Assembly: GCA_964455275.1 (NCBI GenBank) | Contig: CAYVVO010000012.1 | Span: forward strand, 1 to 34,406 | Origin: an uncultured Candidatus Bathyarchaeia archaeon | GTDB lineage: Archaea > Thermoproteota > Bathyarchaeia > Bathyarchaeales > Bathyarchaeaceae | Direction of reading: 5' to 3' | DNA length: 34,406 nt | Part shown: positions 8,659 to 17,723 of the stretch, piece after piece | How the letters are laid out: every line of letters begins with the position of its first letter | How positions within the stretch are numbered: position 1 is the stretch's first letter | The notes under the pieces: model-generated | Database searches by the model: none | What the model saw: the letters and a program-made list of their open reading frames with translations, nothing else | Told to the model about the DNA's origin: nothing | Program-made: the position numbers and the translations under genes

Positions 8659-11151
8659 TTATTTTTGTTTTTTGAGTGTCATGTAGGCTATTAGACCTAT
8701 GACCACGCCGACGGCTGCGATTATCAGTATGACTAGGTCGATTGTCAGATATGCTGGTATTTCTGGAATTGATGGGTATGCTGGCATCTGGTTTACGGTT
8801 GTCTGCGCAATCTCTGCTGCGCTGGGAACATCTACTTCTGCTGGCGCTTCGTCTACACCAAATGTGGTTGTTGCCTGTGAGATGCAGTAAGATTTGGAGC
8901 CTTCGAACATTGCAGTGACATGGTATTCGCCGACAACGCTGGGAGCCCACATGTGGCTGAACACGCCATTTTCATCGGTTGTAACGGTGGCTGAGTACCA
9001 TTCTCCATTCGGATCTTGTATTTTTATAAACACTTCGACACCTTCAACTTCATATGTAGTGGGCCACTGCATGTACACGTAATGCATCCAGTCGGTCATG
9101 TTTTCGTCGGCTACTGCTGGAACACCGTTTGGAAATCTTAGTTGCAATGCGATGTCTTTTGTGCCCGGAGATACATCCATTACTGTGCCCTTTATCATTA
9201 CACTGCTTCCGAGTGAAATAACGTCGTTTTGGATTGAAACTGTGGTTGAGCTTGGACCTTTACCTATGGCGTATAAGCGATTATCGTATCCGTTTAATCC
9301 TACTATTGTGCTGTCTCCGATCATTACGTGTCCGCCCCACCAGTTGTTTATCCAGCTAAGCTCCCAGATTTTTGTTCCATTTTCAACATCAAGAACGACT
9401 AATGGACCGCCTCTAGGTATAGGATTAATTGGTGAATGCTCTGAATAGGATAAACAGATTTTTCCATCAGCGAGGAAATGGTATGCGATGTGGAATTTGT
9501 TGCTCCATGTCATTTCAGAGTATTGGTCTAGTACATCATAGGTCCACAAGACTTTTCCAGTTTCAAGGTCGTAGCAAGTTACTATTCCGCTAGCGCGACC
9601 GGTGAAGAATTTTCCATAGCCGTAAGCGGGACCATACCATTTGTCATAGAAGGCTAGGTAGCCTTCTGGTTCAGTTGTCCATTTTAAGTCACCAGTGGTC
9701 AGAGAGAAAGCATGGTATGTTAGAGTCTCTTTTGATGATACTATCATGACATCATTTTCTGGGATAGTGTCTGAGTAAACCAAGGTTGTACCGCTTTCTG
9801 GCAATGTTACAGTTTTCTTGAAAACCATAGTTCCTTCATTTCCCGGAGATACGTCAATTGCCCAATTAGTGACATCTGGAGATGTGCCGCCAAAAATTCC
9901 GCCAGAAGAACTACCAACTATTTTGTCAAATAGATGATATGAACAAGCTGATCCAGGCAGGTCTGTGGGTATATCTATGGTCCATTCGATTCCTGTTGTG
10001 GCGTCGTAAGTGTTTCCTTGTGGTCTCCAGCTGCCCTCATCTGAAACTACTCTACTGGAGTTCCATAATGACAGCGTTCCTGACCTAGTGTTTAAGGTAT
10101 ATCGATAGATTTCGCCTTTAGGTCCATACAGATTATAGCCACCAGGCACGTTTTCCATTGTGTATTCCCATCGTCCTGTCAGTGGGTCATATGCCTTCCA
10201 TGTTCCAGAACCAGCAGCTCCAAAACCTCCGGCACCGCTATCTGTCCATAGGTAGCCGAAAACACCGTGGTAGTTGTATGAGTCCCAAAAGAATGTTTGC
10301 CCAAATTGTAGTCTTTCATTATTCCAGTTTTTGACCCACAGTTCTTCACCAGTTTTTAGATCTACGGCAACAACGTCCTGATCAAGTTCAGGGTTGCTTC
10401 CTTGCCATTCGTATCTGTTGTAGTATAGTACTCCGCTTATTATTACGGAGCCCCTAAATTTTTCTTCGTACGCGTCTCCCATTTCGTATTGAACATTTCC
10501 AAGTTCGACGCTAACTAGTCCTCCTTGTGTGTATGGTTTTGTCCAAAGAACATGTCCGGTTTCGGGTGCATCAGCGTTGCCTGCATGATATTTCGGAATA
10601 GGTGGCATTATATAGGTTCCTGCTGGTCTTAGCCAATCTCCAGAAATTTCTGACCATTCATAGAATTGTGCGTTTATTGGTCGCGTCCAGTATTCTGTTG
10701 GAAGAGAAACACCCGGCCAATAAGGTAGTGATTCTTCTTGCACTACAACTACTAGTTCATCAGTTTCGCTAGCTAACATATTGCCTTGTTCAGGGAAGTG
10801 ACCTTTTACGATGTATTCTCCAACCAGAGTGGGAGTGTAAGGAACTCCAGTTCCTCCAGTGGCATCTGTTGTTATGTCAGAAAGTGTTTCAGTTTGACCG
10901 TCTGGTCTTTGTATGGTTATGCTTAAGCCTTCCCAGCCCATATGCGTGCTGGAGAGTTGTGCTGAAATTCCAACATGGAATAACAGTTGTTCGTTTACTG
11001 GTGCAGGATTAGGTATGGCACCGATATATGGGTAGGTTTTTTTTCCTTGCTGAGCGTTAATAGTCGGAAAAATTGTAAGAATCGACGAAAGCGTTAGAAC
11101 TGTTAGCAAAATAATCATTGAAACTTTGTATCTTTTTCTTAATATTTTCAT
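8659..11151 (-). CDS. secreted PQQ-like beta-propeller repeat protein with Ig-like domains and C-terminal TM anchor
   Basis: Signal peptide MKILRKRYKVSMIILLTVLTLSSILTIFPTINA. Repeated propeller motifs VVAVDLKTGEELW, HAFSLTTGDLKW, TCYDLETGKVLW, LVVLDVENGTKIW, RLYAIGKG. Tail IPEIPAYLTIDLVILIIAAVGVVIGLIAYMTLKKQK. GGAG lies 9 nt before the ATG. Confidence 0.85.
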   Translation of the reverse strand: MKILRKRYKVSMIILLTVLTLSSILTIFPTINAQQGKKTYPYIGAIPNPAPVNEQLLFHVGISAQLSSTHMGWEGLSITIQRPDGQTETLSDITTDATGGTGVPYTPTLVGEYIVKGHFPEQGNMLASETDELVVVVQEESLPYWPGVSLPTEYWTRPINAQFYEWSEISGDWLRPAGTYIMPPIPKYHAGNADAPETGHVLWTKPYTQGGLVSVELGNVQYEMGDAYEEKFRGSVIISGVLYYNRYEWQGSNPELDQDVVAVDLKTGEELWVKNWNNERLQFGQTFFWDSYNYHGVFGYLWTDSGAGGFGAAGSGTWKAYDPLTGRWEYTMENVPGGYNLYGPKGEIYRYTLNTRSGTLSLWNSSRVVSDEGSWRPQGNTYDATTGIEWTIDIPTDLPGSACSYHLFDKIVGSSSGGIFGGTSPDVTNWAIDVSPGNEGTMVFKKTVTLPESGTTLVYSDTIPENDVMIVSSKETLTYHAFSLTTGDLKWTTEPEGYLAFYDKWYGPAYGYGKFFTGRASGIVTCYDLETGKVLWTYDVLDQYSEMTWSNKFHIAYHFLADGKICLSYSEHSPINPIPRGGPLVVLDVENGTKIWELSWINNWWGGHVMIGDSTIVGLNGYDNRLYAIGKGPSSTTVSIQNDVISLGSSVMIKGTVMDVSPGTKDIALQLRFPNGVPAVADENMTDWMHYVYMQWPTTYEVEGVEVFIKIQDPNGEWYSATVTTDENGVFSHMWAPSVVGEYHVTAMFEGSKSYCISQATTTFGVDEAPAEVDVPSAAEIAQTTVNQMPAYPSIPEIPAYLTIDLVILIIAAVGVVIGLIAYMTLKKQK

Positions 11152-11421
11152 TCGTTTTTCTCCTTTTTTATTTTTTGTTGAGTTTGGTTGCCTTTGACAA
11201 CTGATCTGTCAGCGTGCGCATGCATATGCTAGCTGCCAGAGGCTCCCTCAAACCCATCGCACAGAGCTATACCCCATTTTGTTTTTAAAGTTATTCTAAC
11301 CTTTAACAGAAATTTTCATTTGGGTTTGGGATTGAAATTTTAACTTGGAAAAAGGGGAGTTTGCGTGAGAATAGTGGATGTGTCTCCACCGTTTAGTGAA
11401 CAGCCAGTCCCTTAACGTTTT

Positions 11422-11757
11422 TCATGCTTTTACTTTCCTGAACAGTTTCTTGCTTTTAATCTCGCAAACTGGGTCATGAAGCGGTTTTTTTGTGTTGGAA
11501 AACAAGGATTGCTGCCCCCCCAAAACGCCGACTGCCAAGATAACCCAAAGCCAAAGCTCTTGAGAGAAAGCACTTGAACTTTCGTTTGGTGACAGGCGCA
11601 TGCTGATTTGATGGGTGCTATGCAAATAGCTGAATGCAACAAGCCAAGAATCATCCACAGGTGCTATTGAATAGTTGAGTTGATTTTCGTTCCATATCGC
11701 CTTTAATGAAGTCGCCAGAAGCACAGTAACGATAAGATTCTTCAATTTTATGTACAT
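11422..11757 (-). CDS. small hypothetical protein with signal-peptide-like N-terminus and C-terminal TM (uncertain)
   Basis: ATG start, MYIKLKNLIVTVLLATSLKA, later LWLWVILAVGVLGG plus a basic tail. It sits directly downstream of the triple palindrome array. I recognise no homology. Confidence 0.35.
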   Translation of the reverse strand: MYIKLKNLIVTVLLATSLKAIWNENQLNYSIAPVDDSWLVAFSYLHSTHQISMRLSPNESSSAFSQELWLWVILAVGVLGGQQSLFSNTKKPLHDPVCEIKSKKLFRKVKA

Positions 11758-11805
11758 TCCTATTTCTATTAATAATACGCTTTTTCATCGATTAAACGGG
11801 TTTTT

Positions 11806-11868
11806 GTAAAGTTTTCTTGACAAGACTTGGTCAAGGTTTCTTGACTAGATTGGTCAAGTTTTCTTGAC
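11806..11868. promoter_or_regulatory. array of three 16-bp palindromes GTCAAG-N4-CTTGAC, 23-24 bp phasing
   Basis: Units are 11806-11821 GTAAAGTTTTCTTGAC, 11830-11845 GTCAAGGTTTCTTGAC and 11853-11868 GTCAAGTTTTCTTGAC. The proximal unit is 49 nt from the ATG at 11757. Confidence 0.6.
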
Positions 11869-12043
11869 AAAAACGCTTTTCTTCCCCTTCGAGTAGAAAC
11901 ATGGACTGATGGCTCCAACACAGGAAATGAAACTCACCAAAAGTAAGTTGCTTTACAAGTTTCATTTTTCATTCCCCAAATGCCTGTGTAGGAGCCTCAG
12001 CAAACTCCATCATTTTAAGCTCATGAACAGCTTTTGGAAGCAG

Positions 12044-12412
12044 CTATCTTTTTTCTACAATGATTTTTGTTCCGCTCTTGACTTGTTCGAACAGTTCCAG
12101 ATTCTTGGTCACTTTGCCGATTATGTTGACGGGACTGTATGGCTGGGTTTCACCGTAGAATATGCAGAAGGCGCTTCCCATTGGCCAGTAGGCTAAGGTT
12201 CCCTTCTCCACTGTTGGTTTAGCCTTTTCGTTACCCATCTTCACAGGAATACCGAAGTAAACTTCTTGTTGCCACAGGGCTGCTAGACCCTCCAATGGAA
12301 GCTGCCTGATTATGGCATCTGTAGTCCGTGGAGATCGAATGCGAACAAGTTCTCCTTCCGCTTCTCCAACGTTCTCAATAATGAATCTGATGGATAGACG
12401 AGAAACACTCAT
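12044..12412 (-). CDS. cyclophilin-like fold family protein (DUF369-type)
   Basis: The pattern ...TTDAIIRQLPLEG.ALWQQEVYFGIPV...EKGTLAYWPMGSAFCIFYG matches the small cyclophilin-like family as I remember it. Confidence 0.6.
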   Translation of the reverse strand: MSVSRLSIRFIIENVGEAEGELVRIRSPRTTDAIIRQLPLEGLAALWQQEVYFGIPVKMGNEKAKPTVEKGTLAYWPMGSAFCIFYGETQPYSPVNIIGKVTKNLELFEQVKSGTKIIVEKR

Positions 12413-12642
12413 ATTTTAAACACTCACCGACTTAATTTTTACAGGCTCCTATTATCTTTTATCACATAACTCTCTTGACTGGAAGCACAGCATGCAATTT
12501 GGGACACAAAGATGGCGTTATTCGCTCTCTTTTTGCTGTTTTTTAACATGGAACTCTGGAAAAGAAAATGAGTTAGTAAACTTTATATTTCAGATGAAAG
12601 TGCAGTAGCTAGAAATTCAGCTAGATAATAGGAAGGATTTGT

Positions 12643-14277
12643 ATGGCATATTTAACTTCACAGGGTGGACAACCCGTTCTTATCCTTAAGGACGGAACAT
12701 CACGTAAACGTGGAAAGGATGCCCAGAAAAATAATATAATGGCTGCCAAGGTTATTGCCGAAGTTTTAAGGAGCACTCTTGGTCCTCGCGGCATGGACAA
12801 GATGCTCATTGACGGTCTAGGCGACATAACCATAACCAACGACGGCGCAGCGATACTTGACGAGATAGATGTTCAGCATCCAGCGGCAAAGATGATGGTG
12901 GAAGTAGCCAAGACTCAGGATGACATGGTGGGCGACGGAACCACCACCGCAGTAATCTTGGCTGGAGAGCTTTTACAGAAAGCCGAGGAGTTGCTGACTC
13001 AGAATATTCATCCAACAATTATTGTGCAAGGATACAGAAAAGCCGTTGAGAAGGCTGTGGAAGCGTTAGCCAAATTGGCGATAACCATTGACATTGATGA
13101 CCGAGCAACCCTGAAGAAAGTCTCTATGACTTCTATGGGAAGCAAAGCTGTAGGTGACGCTCGAAGCCATCTGTCTGACATCACCATTGACGCCGTTAAA
13201 CTGATCGCTGAGAAACGGGGCGATAAAATGATAGCGGACATTGATAACATTCAGAGAGTTAAGAAAGAGGGAAAAAGCCTCTACGATACAGAACTTATCA
13301 GAGGCATAATCATCGACAAAGAGATTATTAACACAGGCATGCCCAAACGAATTGAAAAAGCAAAAATCGCGCTCCTCGACTCTCCTCTAGAGGTGGAGAA
13401 AACCGAGTTCTCATCAGAAATTAGGATACGAGACCCCACTCAGATGCAGGCGTTTTTGGACAAAGAGACAAGCATGCTCAAGGAGATGGTGGAAAAGATC
13501 AGTTCCTCAGGTGCAACAGTTATATTCTGTCAGAAGGGCATCGGCGACATGTCTCAGCACTTCCTAGCAAAGAAAGGAATCATGGCTGCACGCCGAGTTA
13601 AGCAATCAGACATGGAGAAACTAGCCAGAGCCACTGGAGGCAAAGTCATCACAAAGTTAGACGACTTGAACAGTGAAGACTTGGGAGAAGCAGGACTCGT
13701 GGAAGAACGTAAAGTCGGGGATGACAAAATGATCTTTGTGGAGAAATGCAAGGAACCCCGATCAGTTGCGATTCTCATCCGCGCTGGTCTAGAACGAATG
13801 GTGGACGAAGCGGACAGAGCCATGAACGACGCTCTGTCAGTGGTTGCTGATGTGGTCGAAGATAACAAGATTGTGGCTGGCGGAGGAGCAACAGAAAGCG
13901 AAATCGCAAAAGTTCTCCGCGACTACGCTACAAAGGTCGGCGGCAGGGAACAACTCGCTATAGAAGCGTTCGCTAATTCGCTGGAGATAGTGCCTAAGAC
14001 TCTGGCTGAAAATGCGGGTCTAGAGTCTATAGACATTCTTGTCGGGTTGAGGTCAGCGCACGAAAAGAAGAACGGTCATCTGATGGGCGTCGACGTTTTC
14101 AAGGGCAAGATAGTTAACAGCTACGAGAACGGAGTCGTTGAGCCCCTGAAGGTTAAGGAGCAGGCGATGAAGTCAGCCGCGGAAGTTGCATCCATGATTT
14201 TGAGAATCGACGATGTGATTGCATCGACGAAACCAAAAGAAGGTGCTCCTCCGGGCGGAATGCCTCCAGGCTACTAA
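12643..14277 (+). CDS. ths: thermosome subunit (group II chaperonin)
   Basis: [43 protein letters not shown] and the C-terminal GGMPPGY tail are present. A TATA-like CTTTATATT lies about 55 nt upstream. Confidence 0.95.
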   Translation: MAYLTSQGGQPVLILKDGTSRKRGKDAQKNNIMAAKVIAEVLRSTLGPRGMDKMLIDGLGDITITNDGAAILDEIDVQHPAAKMMVEVAKTQDDMVGDGTTTAVILAGELLQKAEELLTQNIHPTIIVQGYRKAVEKAVEALAKLAITIDIDDRATLKKVSMTSMGSKAVGDARSHLSDITIDAVKLIAEKRGDKMIADIDNIQRVKKEGKSLYDTELIRGIIIDKEIINTGMPKRIEKAKIALLDSPLEVEKTEFSSEIRIRDPTQMQAFLDKETSMLKEMVEKISSSGATVIFCQKGIGDMSQHFLAKKGIMAARRVKQSDMEKLARATGGKVITKLDDLNSEDLGEAGLVEERKVGDDKMIFVEKCKEPRSVAILIRAGLERMVDEADRAMNDALSVVADVVEDNKIVAGGGATESEIAKVLRDYATKVGGREQLAIEAFANSLEIVPKTLAENAGLESIDILVGLRSAHEKKNGHLMGVDVFKGKIVNSYENGVVEPLKVKEQAMKSAAEVASMILRIDDVIASTKPKEGAPPGGMPPGY

Positions 14278-14293
14278 GAAACGTAGCTAAACC

Positions 14294-14313
14294 TTTTTTC
14301 TTCATATTTTTTT
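14294..14313 (+). terminator. oligo-T tracts (T6, T7) downstream of thermosome
   Basis: accTTTTTTcttcataTTTTTTTg lies within 40 nt of the stop codon. Archaeal termination typically uses T-runs. Confidence 0.5.
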
Positions 14314-14473
14314 GTTCATTACGTAATCGTGTGCGTTTATTGTTTTTTTGTTTTGTAGAAAAGTTAATTTGTTTTTCTTGCTAACATTCATTAGCTTGAT
14401 AGACGCTGAACTTGAGTTAGGGATGTTACGCAGTTTAGGTCTTGTGTGCTAAGGGTAGGGTATAGGCGGGAAA

Positions 14474-15445
14474 ATGGCTGTGCAGAAGATGGATAAGCCA
14501 GTTACGTTGGGTGTTGACCTCGGAGGCACCAAAGTTAATGTGGCGTTAGTAGACCGTAGCGGTCGCCTTTTGTTTGCCCACAAATCTATGATTCACGCCT
14601 CAAAGGAACCAGAAAGGGTCATCGCCGACATCCAGACAGCCATGGACACCTGCCGCAGCAAAACAGATCAGGAAGTAGAAGCGGTTGGAATCGGCGTAGC
14701 CGCCCAGGTTGACCGAAAAGGGGTTGTGTGCTGTTCTCAAAATTTGGGTTGGCGAAACGTTCCCTTAAAGAAGAAACTGGAAAAAGAGCTTGGGCTGCCT
14801 GTGGCTGTGACTAACGATGTTAATGCAGCTACTTGGGGCGAATGGCGGTTTGGCGCAGGAAGAGGCGTAGACGATTTGGCTGTTCTTTTTGTGGGCACAG
14901 GCGTAGGCGGGGGAGTCATAACTGGCGGAAAACTTCTGTCGGGTTGCAGTAACAGTGGCGGAGAACTGGGGCACATCACCATTGTCTATGATGGACGGAA
15001 GTGCCACTGTCCCAACAGAGGCTGCTTGGAAGCCTATGTGGGTGGCTGGGCAATGGCTGAGCGTGCCCAAGAAGCCGTTAGAAACGCGCCAGAGGAGGGG
15101 CAGCGTCTGGTGGCTTTGGCGGGCGGTGTTGAAAAGGTCACGGCGGCTACTGTTAGCAGAGCTTACCGTGAAGACAGCCTGCTGGCTCGGAGGTTGGTGA
15201 AGGAGACTGGGCGATACTTGGCTGCTGGGGTGGTCAGCATCGTTAACGTTTTTAATCCTTGTGTTCTGGTTCTTGGAGGCGGCGTTATCGAGGGAATCCC
15301 TGAGCTGATCCAGATAGTGAAGGATATTGTTCCAACTATGGCGTTAGAGGCTTCTGTTGAAGAACTGGAAATTGTGAAGGCAGCGTTGGGTGCTGATGCG
15401 GGGGTAATCGGGGCAGCTGCTTTGGCTCAAGATCTGGTAGAATAA
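14474..15445 (+). CDS. ROK family sugar kinase (glucokinase-like)
   Basis: GVDLGGTKVNVALVD (ATP-binding motif), GELGHI, and the zinc motif CHCPNRGCLEAY. Confidence 0.85.
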   Translation: MAVQKMDKPVTLGVDLGGTKVNVALVDRSGRLLFAHKSMIHASKEPERVIADIQTAMDTCRSKTDQEVEAVGIGVAAQVDRKGVVCCSQNLGWRNVPLKKKLEKELGLPVAVTNDVNAATWGEWRFGAGRGVDDLAVLFVGTGVGGGVITGGKLLSGCSNSGGELGHITIVYDGRKCHCPNRGCLEAYVGGWAMAERAQEAVRNAPEEGQRLVALAGGVEKVTAATVSRAYREDSLLARRLVKETGRYLAAGVVSIVNVFNPCVLVLGGGVIEGIPELIQIVKDIVPTMALEASVEELEIVKAALGADAGVIGAAALAQDLVE

Positions 15446-15562
15446 GCTTCGTGAGCTGCGGTAAACCTGTTTTCTGGCATCTGTTTGTCGTCTGCCTTTC
15501 TGTGCTGTTAAGCAAAAGGTTAAAGTTCTTCGGTGCAAAAGTCTGTTAGGCGGGGAAGTCAG

Positions 15563-15814
15563 ATGTCTGTCTCAGCTTATGTGTTGGTTACGTTGAATCC
15601 GGGCACCGAGAAGAATATACTCAAAAAAGTTTCTCACTTTGACGAAGTCAAGAGGGTAAGCATGATGTACGGCGAATACGACGCCATCCTCAAAGTACGC
15701 ACCGAAAATCTGGAAGATCTGAACCAGTTCCTAACAGATAAACTGAGGGTACTACCCGACATCTTCCAAACAGCCACCCTAATAGTAGCCAAAACACACT
15801 CAAACAAACGCTAA
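15563..15814 (+). CDS. stand-alone Lrp/AsnC ligand-binding (RAM) domain protein
   Basis: AYVLVTLNPG...VKRVSMMYGEYDAILKVRTENLEDLNQFLTDKLRVLPDI matches the RAM domain pattern. There is no HTH. The ATG at 15563 follows GGGGAAG; the ORF opens at 15533. Confidence 0.7.
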   Translation: MSVSAYVLVTLNPGTEKNILKKVSHFDEVKRVSMMYGEYDAILKVRTENLEDLNQFLTDKLRVLPDIFQTATLIVAKTHSNKR

Positions 15815-16081
15815 CCCACAAGCCTCTTATATGGCGTTATCCCAGAGTTTCCCTCATGGGCTATTCTGCCGTTGCTTTTTGTTGCATCCTTTGCGGCAAT
15901 AGTATGTAAACAGAGATTACTGAGAAAATCAGGCTGATAATTAATTGGTTGATACGGTTCTTTATCTAATGTGCCTTTGTTTGTGCGAGAAGAAAAAGTG
16001 AAAAAGTCTGCATCTCTGCTTGCTCTTTTGACATTAACACTTTTGAATGAAATATCCACAAAAATAATTGCTGCAAAGTTC

Positions 16082-16660
16082 TTAGACGATGTATGGGTGG
16101 TTTGGTTTTTCTAGGTCTTTAACGAGTTCCATTGCTTGTTTAGATGCTGGTATGTCAGTTAGTGGGATTCCTTTGAGGAGAGACCACGGGGTCTTTTCTG
16201 CCAGTGTTGTGGCTATGTGGTCTTCGCCGAAGCATTGTTTGGATATGTCATAGACTAGGGAGTGGACCTCCGCCTCTGAGATGTGCCCCAAGGCGTGAAG
16301 GTACTCGTGGGTTAAGATGCTGTAGACGAAGGCGTTGACTAGCTTCTTCGATTTTGTTACCGCTTCCACGATGTTGACCAGTCTCCTGTTCAATACTATG
16401 TTGTTTGTGCCCAGCTGATGGTATGCACCCAGGTGAAGAGGCAGGTCATCCAGAAAAAGCAGCATGCCCCGTCTGTGCTCGCCTAAACAAGCTTGGACGG
16501 TTTCCTTGACTATCTCCCAAATTCCGCTGAAGCCTTCAGCCTCGTCAATCCTTAAACGGTAACTTTCAACCGTAGGCAACTCTTTTTCGGTTTTTGACTC
16601 TTCGTCTCTCGTGAGACGATTTGGCTGAAAGTCTGTGGAAAGCAACTTTATCGCGTTCAT
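16082..16660 (-). CDS. hypothetical protein with HEXXH zinc-metallopeptidase-like motif
   Basis: The motif is ILTHEYLHALGHISE (H-E-x-x-H-x-x-G-H). I recognise no further family. Confidence 0.55.
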   Translation of the reverse strand: MNAIKLLSTDFQPNRLTRDEESKTEKELPTVESYRLRIDEAEGFSGIWEIVKETVQACLGEHRRGMLLFLDDLPLHLGAYHQLGTNNIVLNRRLVNIVEAVTKSKKLVNAFVYSILTHEYLHALGHISEAEVHSLVYDISKQCFGEDHIATTLAEKTPWSLLKGIPLTDIPASKQAMELVKDLEKPNHPYIV

Positions 16661-16737
16661 TATTACCTTCCAGTAACTTCTCGGTATTTATACATATCAC
16701 TTTTTAGAGCCACATCACACCGCCGAAAGCAGTCAGC

Positions 16738-17274
16738 CTATTGTATGCTGATTTTCTTGAAAGCCCCAAAAAATAGTGGCGTCAACTGCCTCCGGGACAG
16801 CTCAACGTTTATTTGCTTAACCAAAAAATCTGTCAAGTCATCTAAGGGAACCCGCTGCGTTCCCCTCTCATGGCGAATCCGAAGCTCCAAGCCGCCTTTC
16901 TGGAAGAGAAAACGGAGCACACAATAATCGAACCTTAATGGAACCCGTTTACCGCCATCCCTGACACTGTGATAACAGACAGCAAAGAAAAAATCTAAAG
17001 TCTCCACCTCTGTTTCGTCAACGCTCTTCAGGCACTGCTCAAGCTCCTTCTGGTCAAAAAAATTGAAGTCAACGCCATCAGCCACGCCGAACTCGAAGCT
17101 GACAATGCAATTCTGTTTCAAATAGGGAGTTACGGCACCCAAATCGAAGGTTTCCTGATTCAGACGATGAAACGTGCAGAGAATAGCCTTCTGAACATCT
17201 TTAGCTGAGTCTTGATACTCAAAAGGGGTTATACCGTGAACATTTTCGGGAAAATTTTCGTAACGCCCAAGCAA
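16738..17274 (-). CDS. hypothetical protein
   Basis: A 178-codon ORF with TTG start, 22 nt downstream of the UPF0148 gene on the same strand. No motif recognised. Confidence 0.5.
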   Translation of the reverse strand: MLGRYENFPENVHGITPFEYQDSAKDVQKAILCTFHRLNQETFDLGAVTPYLKQNCIVSFEFGVADGVDFNFFDQKELEQCLKSVDETEVETLDFFFAVCYHSVRDGGKRVPLRFDYCVLRFLFQKGGLELRIRHERGTQRVPLDDLTDFLVKQINVELSRRQLTPLFFGAFKKISIQ

Positions 17275-17296
17275 CCCAAACGCCTTTTGTCCCGGA

Positions 17297-17656
17297 TTAT
17301 GATGCCTTTTTCATCTTTTGTATCCTTTCAAGATTCTCAAGAAGAGTTGACAGGGTTGCTCCAAGGCTATTAAGTTTCTCTGCATCCGTTTCTTCTGCAA
17401 GCTGTTTCTCTATCGCCTGAATCTTAACTAGGATTGTTGATTCTAGGCTAGAGAAAACGGGAGTTTTATCAGCCTCTGGTTCTGGCTCTCCCTCTCTAAC
17501 AATCACGACCCGCTTTTGGCAACTGGCGCACCAGAGGTCTCCGATTCTTAGTTTGAAGAGAGGTGAAGCGCAGGCTGGGCAGGAATGCTCCGTGAGGGTG
17601 GCTCCCTGCCTAAGCAAATCAGCCATAGCCTTGATGTTTTTTGAATCTTTAGTCAC
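17297..17656 (-). CDS. UPF0148 / autoantigen p27-like zinc-ribbon protein
   Basis: IKAMADLLRQGATLTEHSCPACASPLFKLRIGDLWCASCQ matches the archaeal UPF0148 family pattern. Confidence 0.8.
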   Translation of the reverse strand: MTKDSKNIKAMADLLRQGATLTEHSCPACASPLFKLRIGDLWCASCQKRVVIVREGEPEPEADKTPVFSSLESTILVKIQAIEKQLAEETDAEKLNSLGATLSTLLENLERIQKMKKAS

Positions 17657-17723
17657 GTCAAACCCTTCTGAACAAGCTTTACAGCTTAGAGAATATATTT
17701 TTGCCGTCAGTTAATTAACTATC

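Noticed and set aside
15811-16059. 82-aa minus-strand ORF in the convergent intergenic region
   Set aside because: It has a GTG start without an SD, no recognisable motif or hydrophobic segment, and overlaps the stop of the RAM-domain gene. There is not enough evidence to call it.
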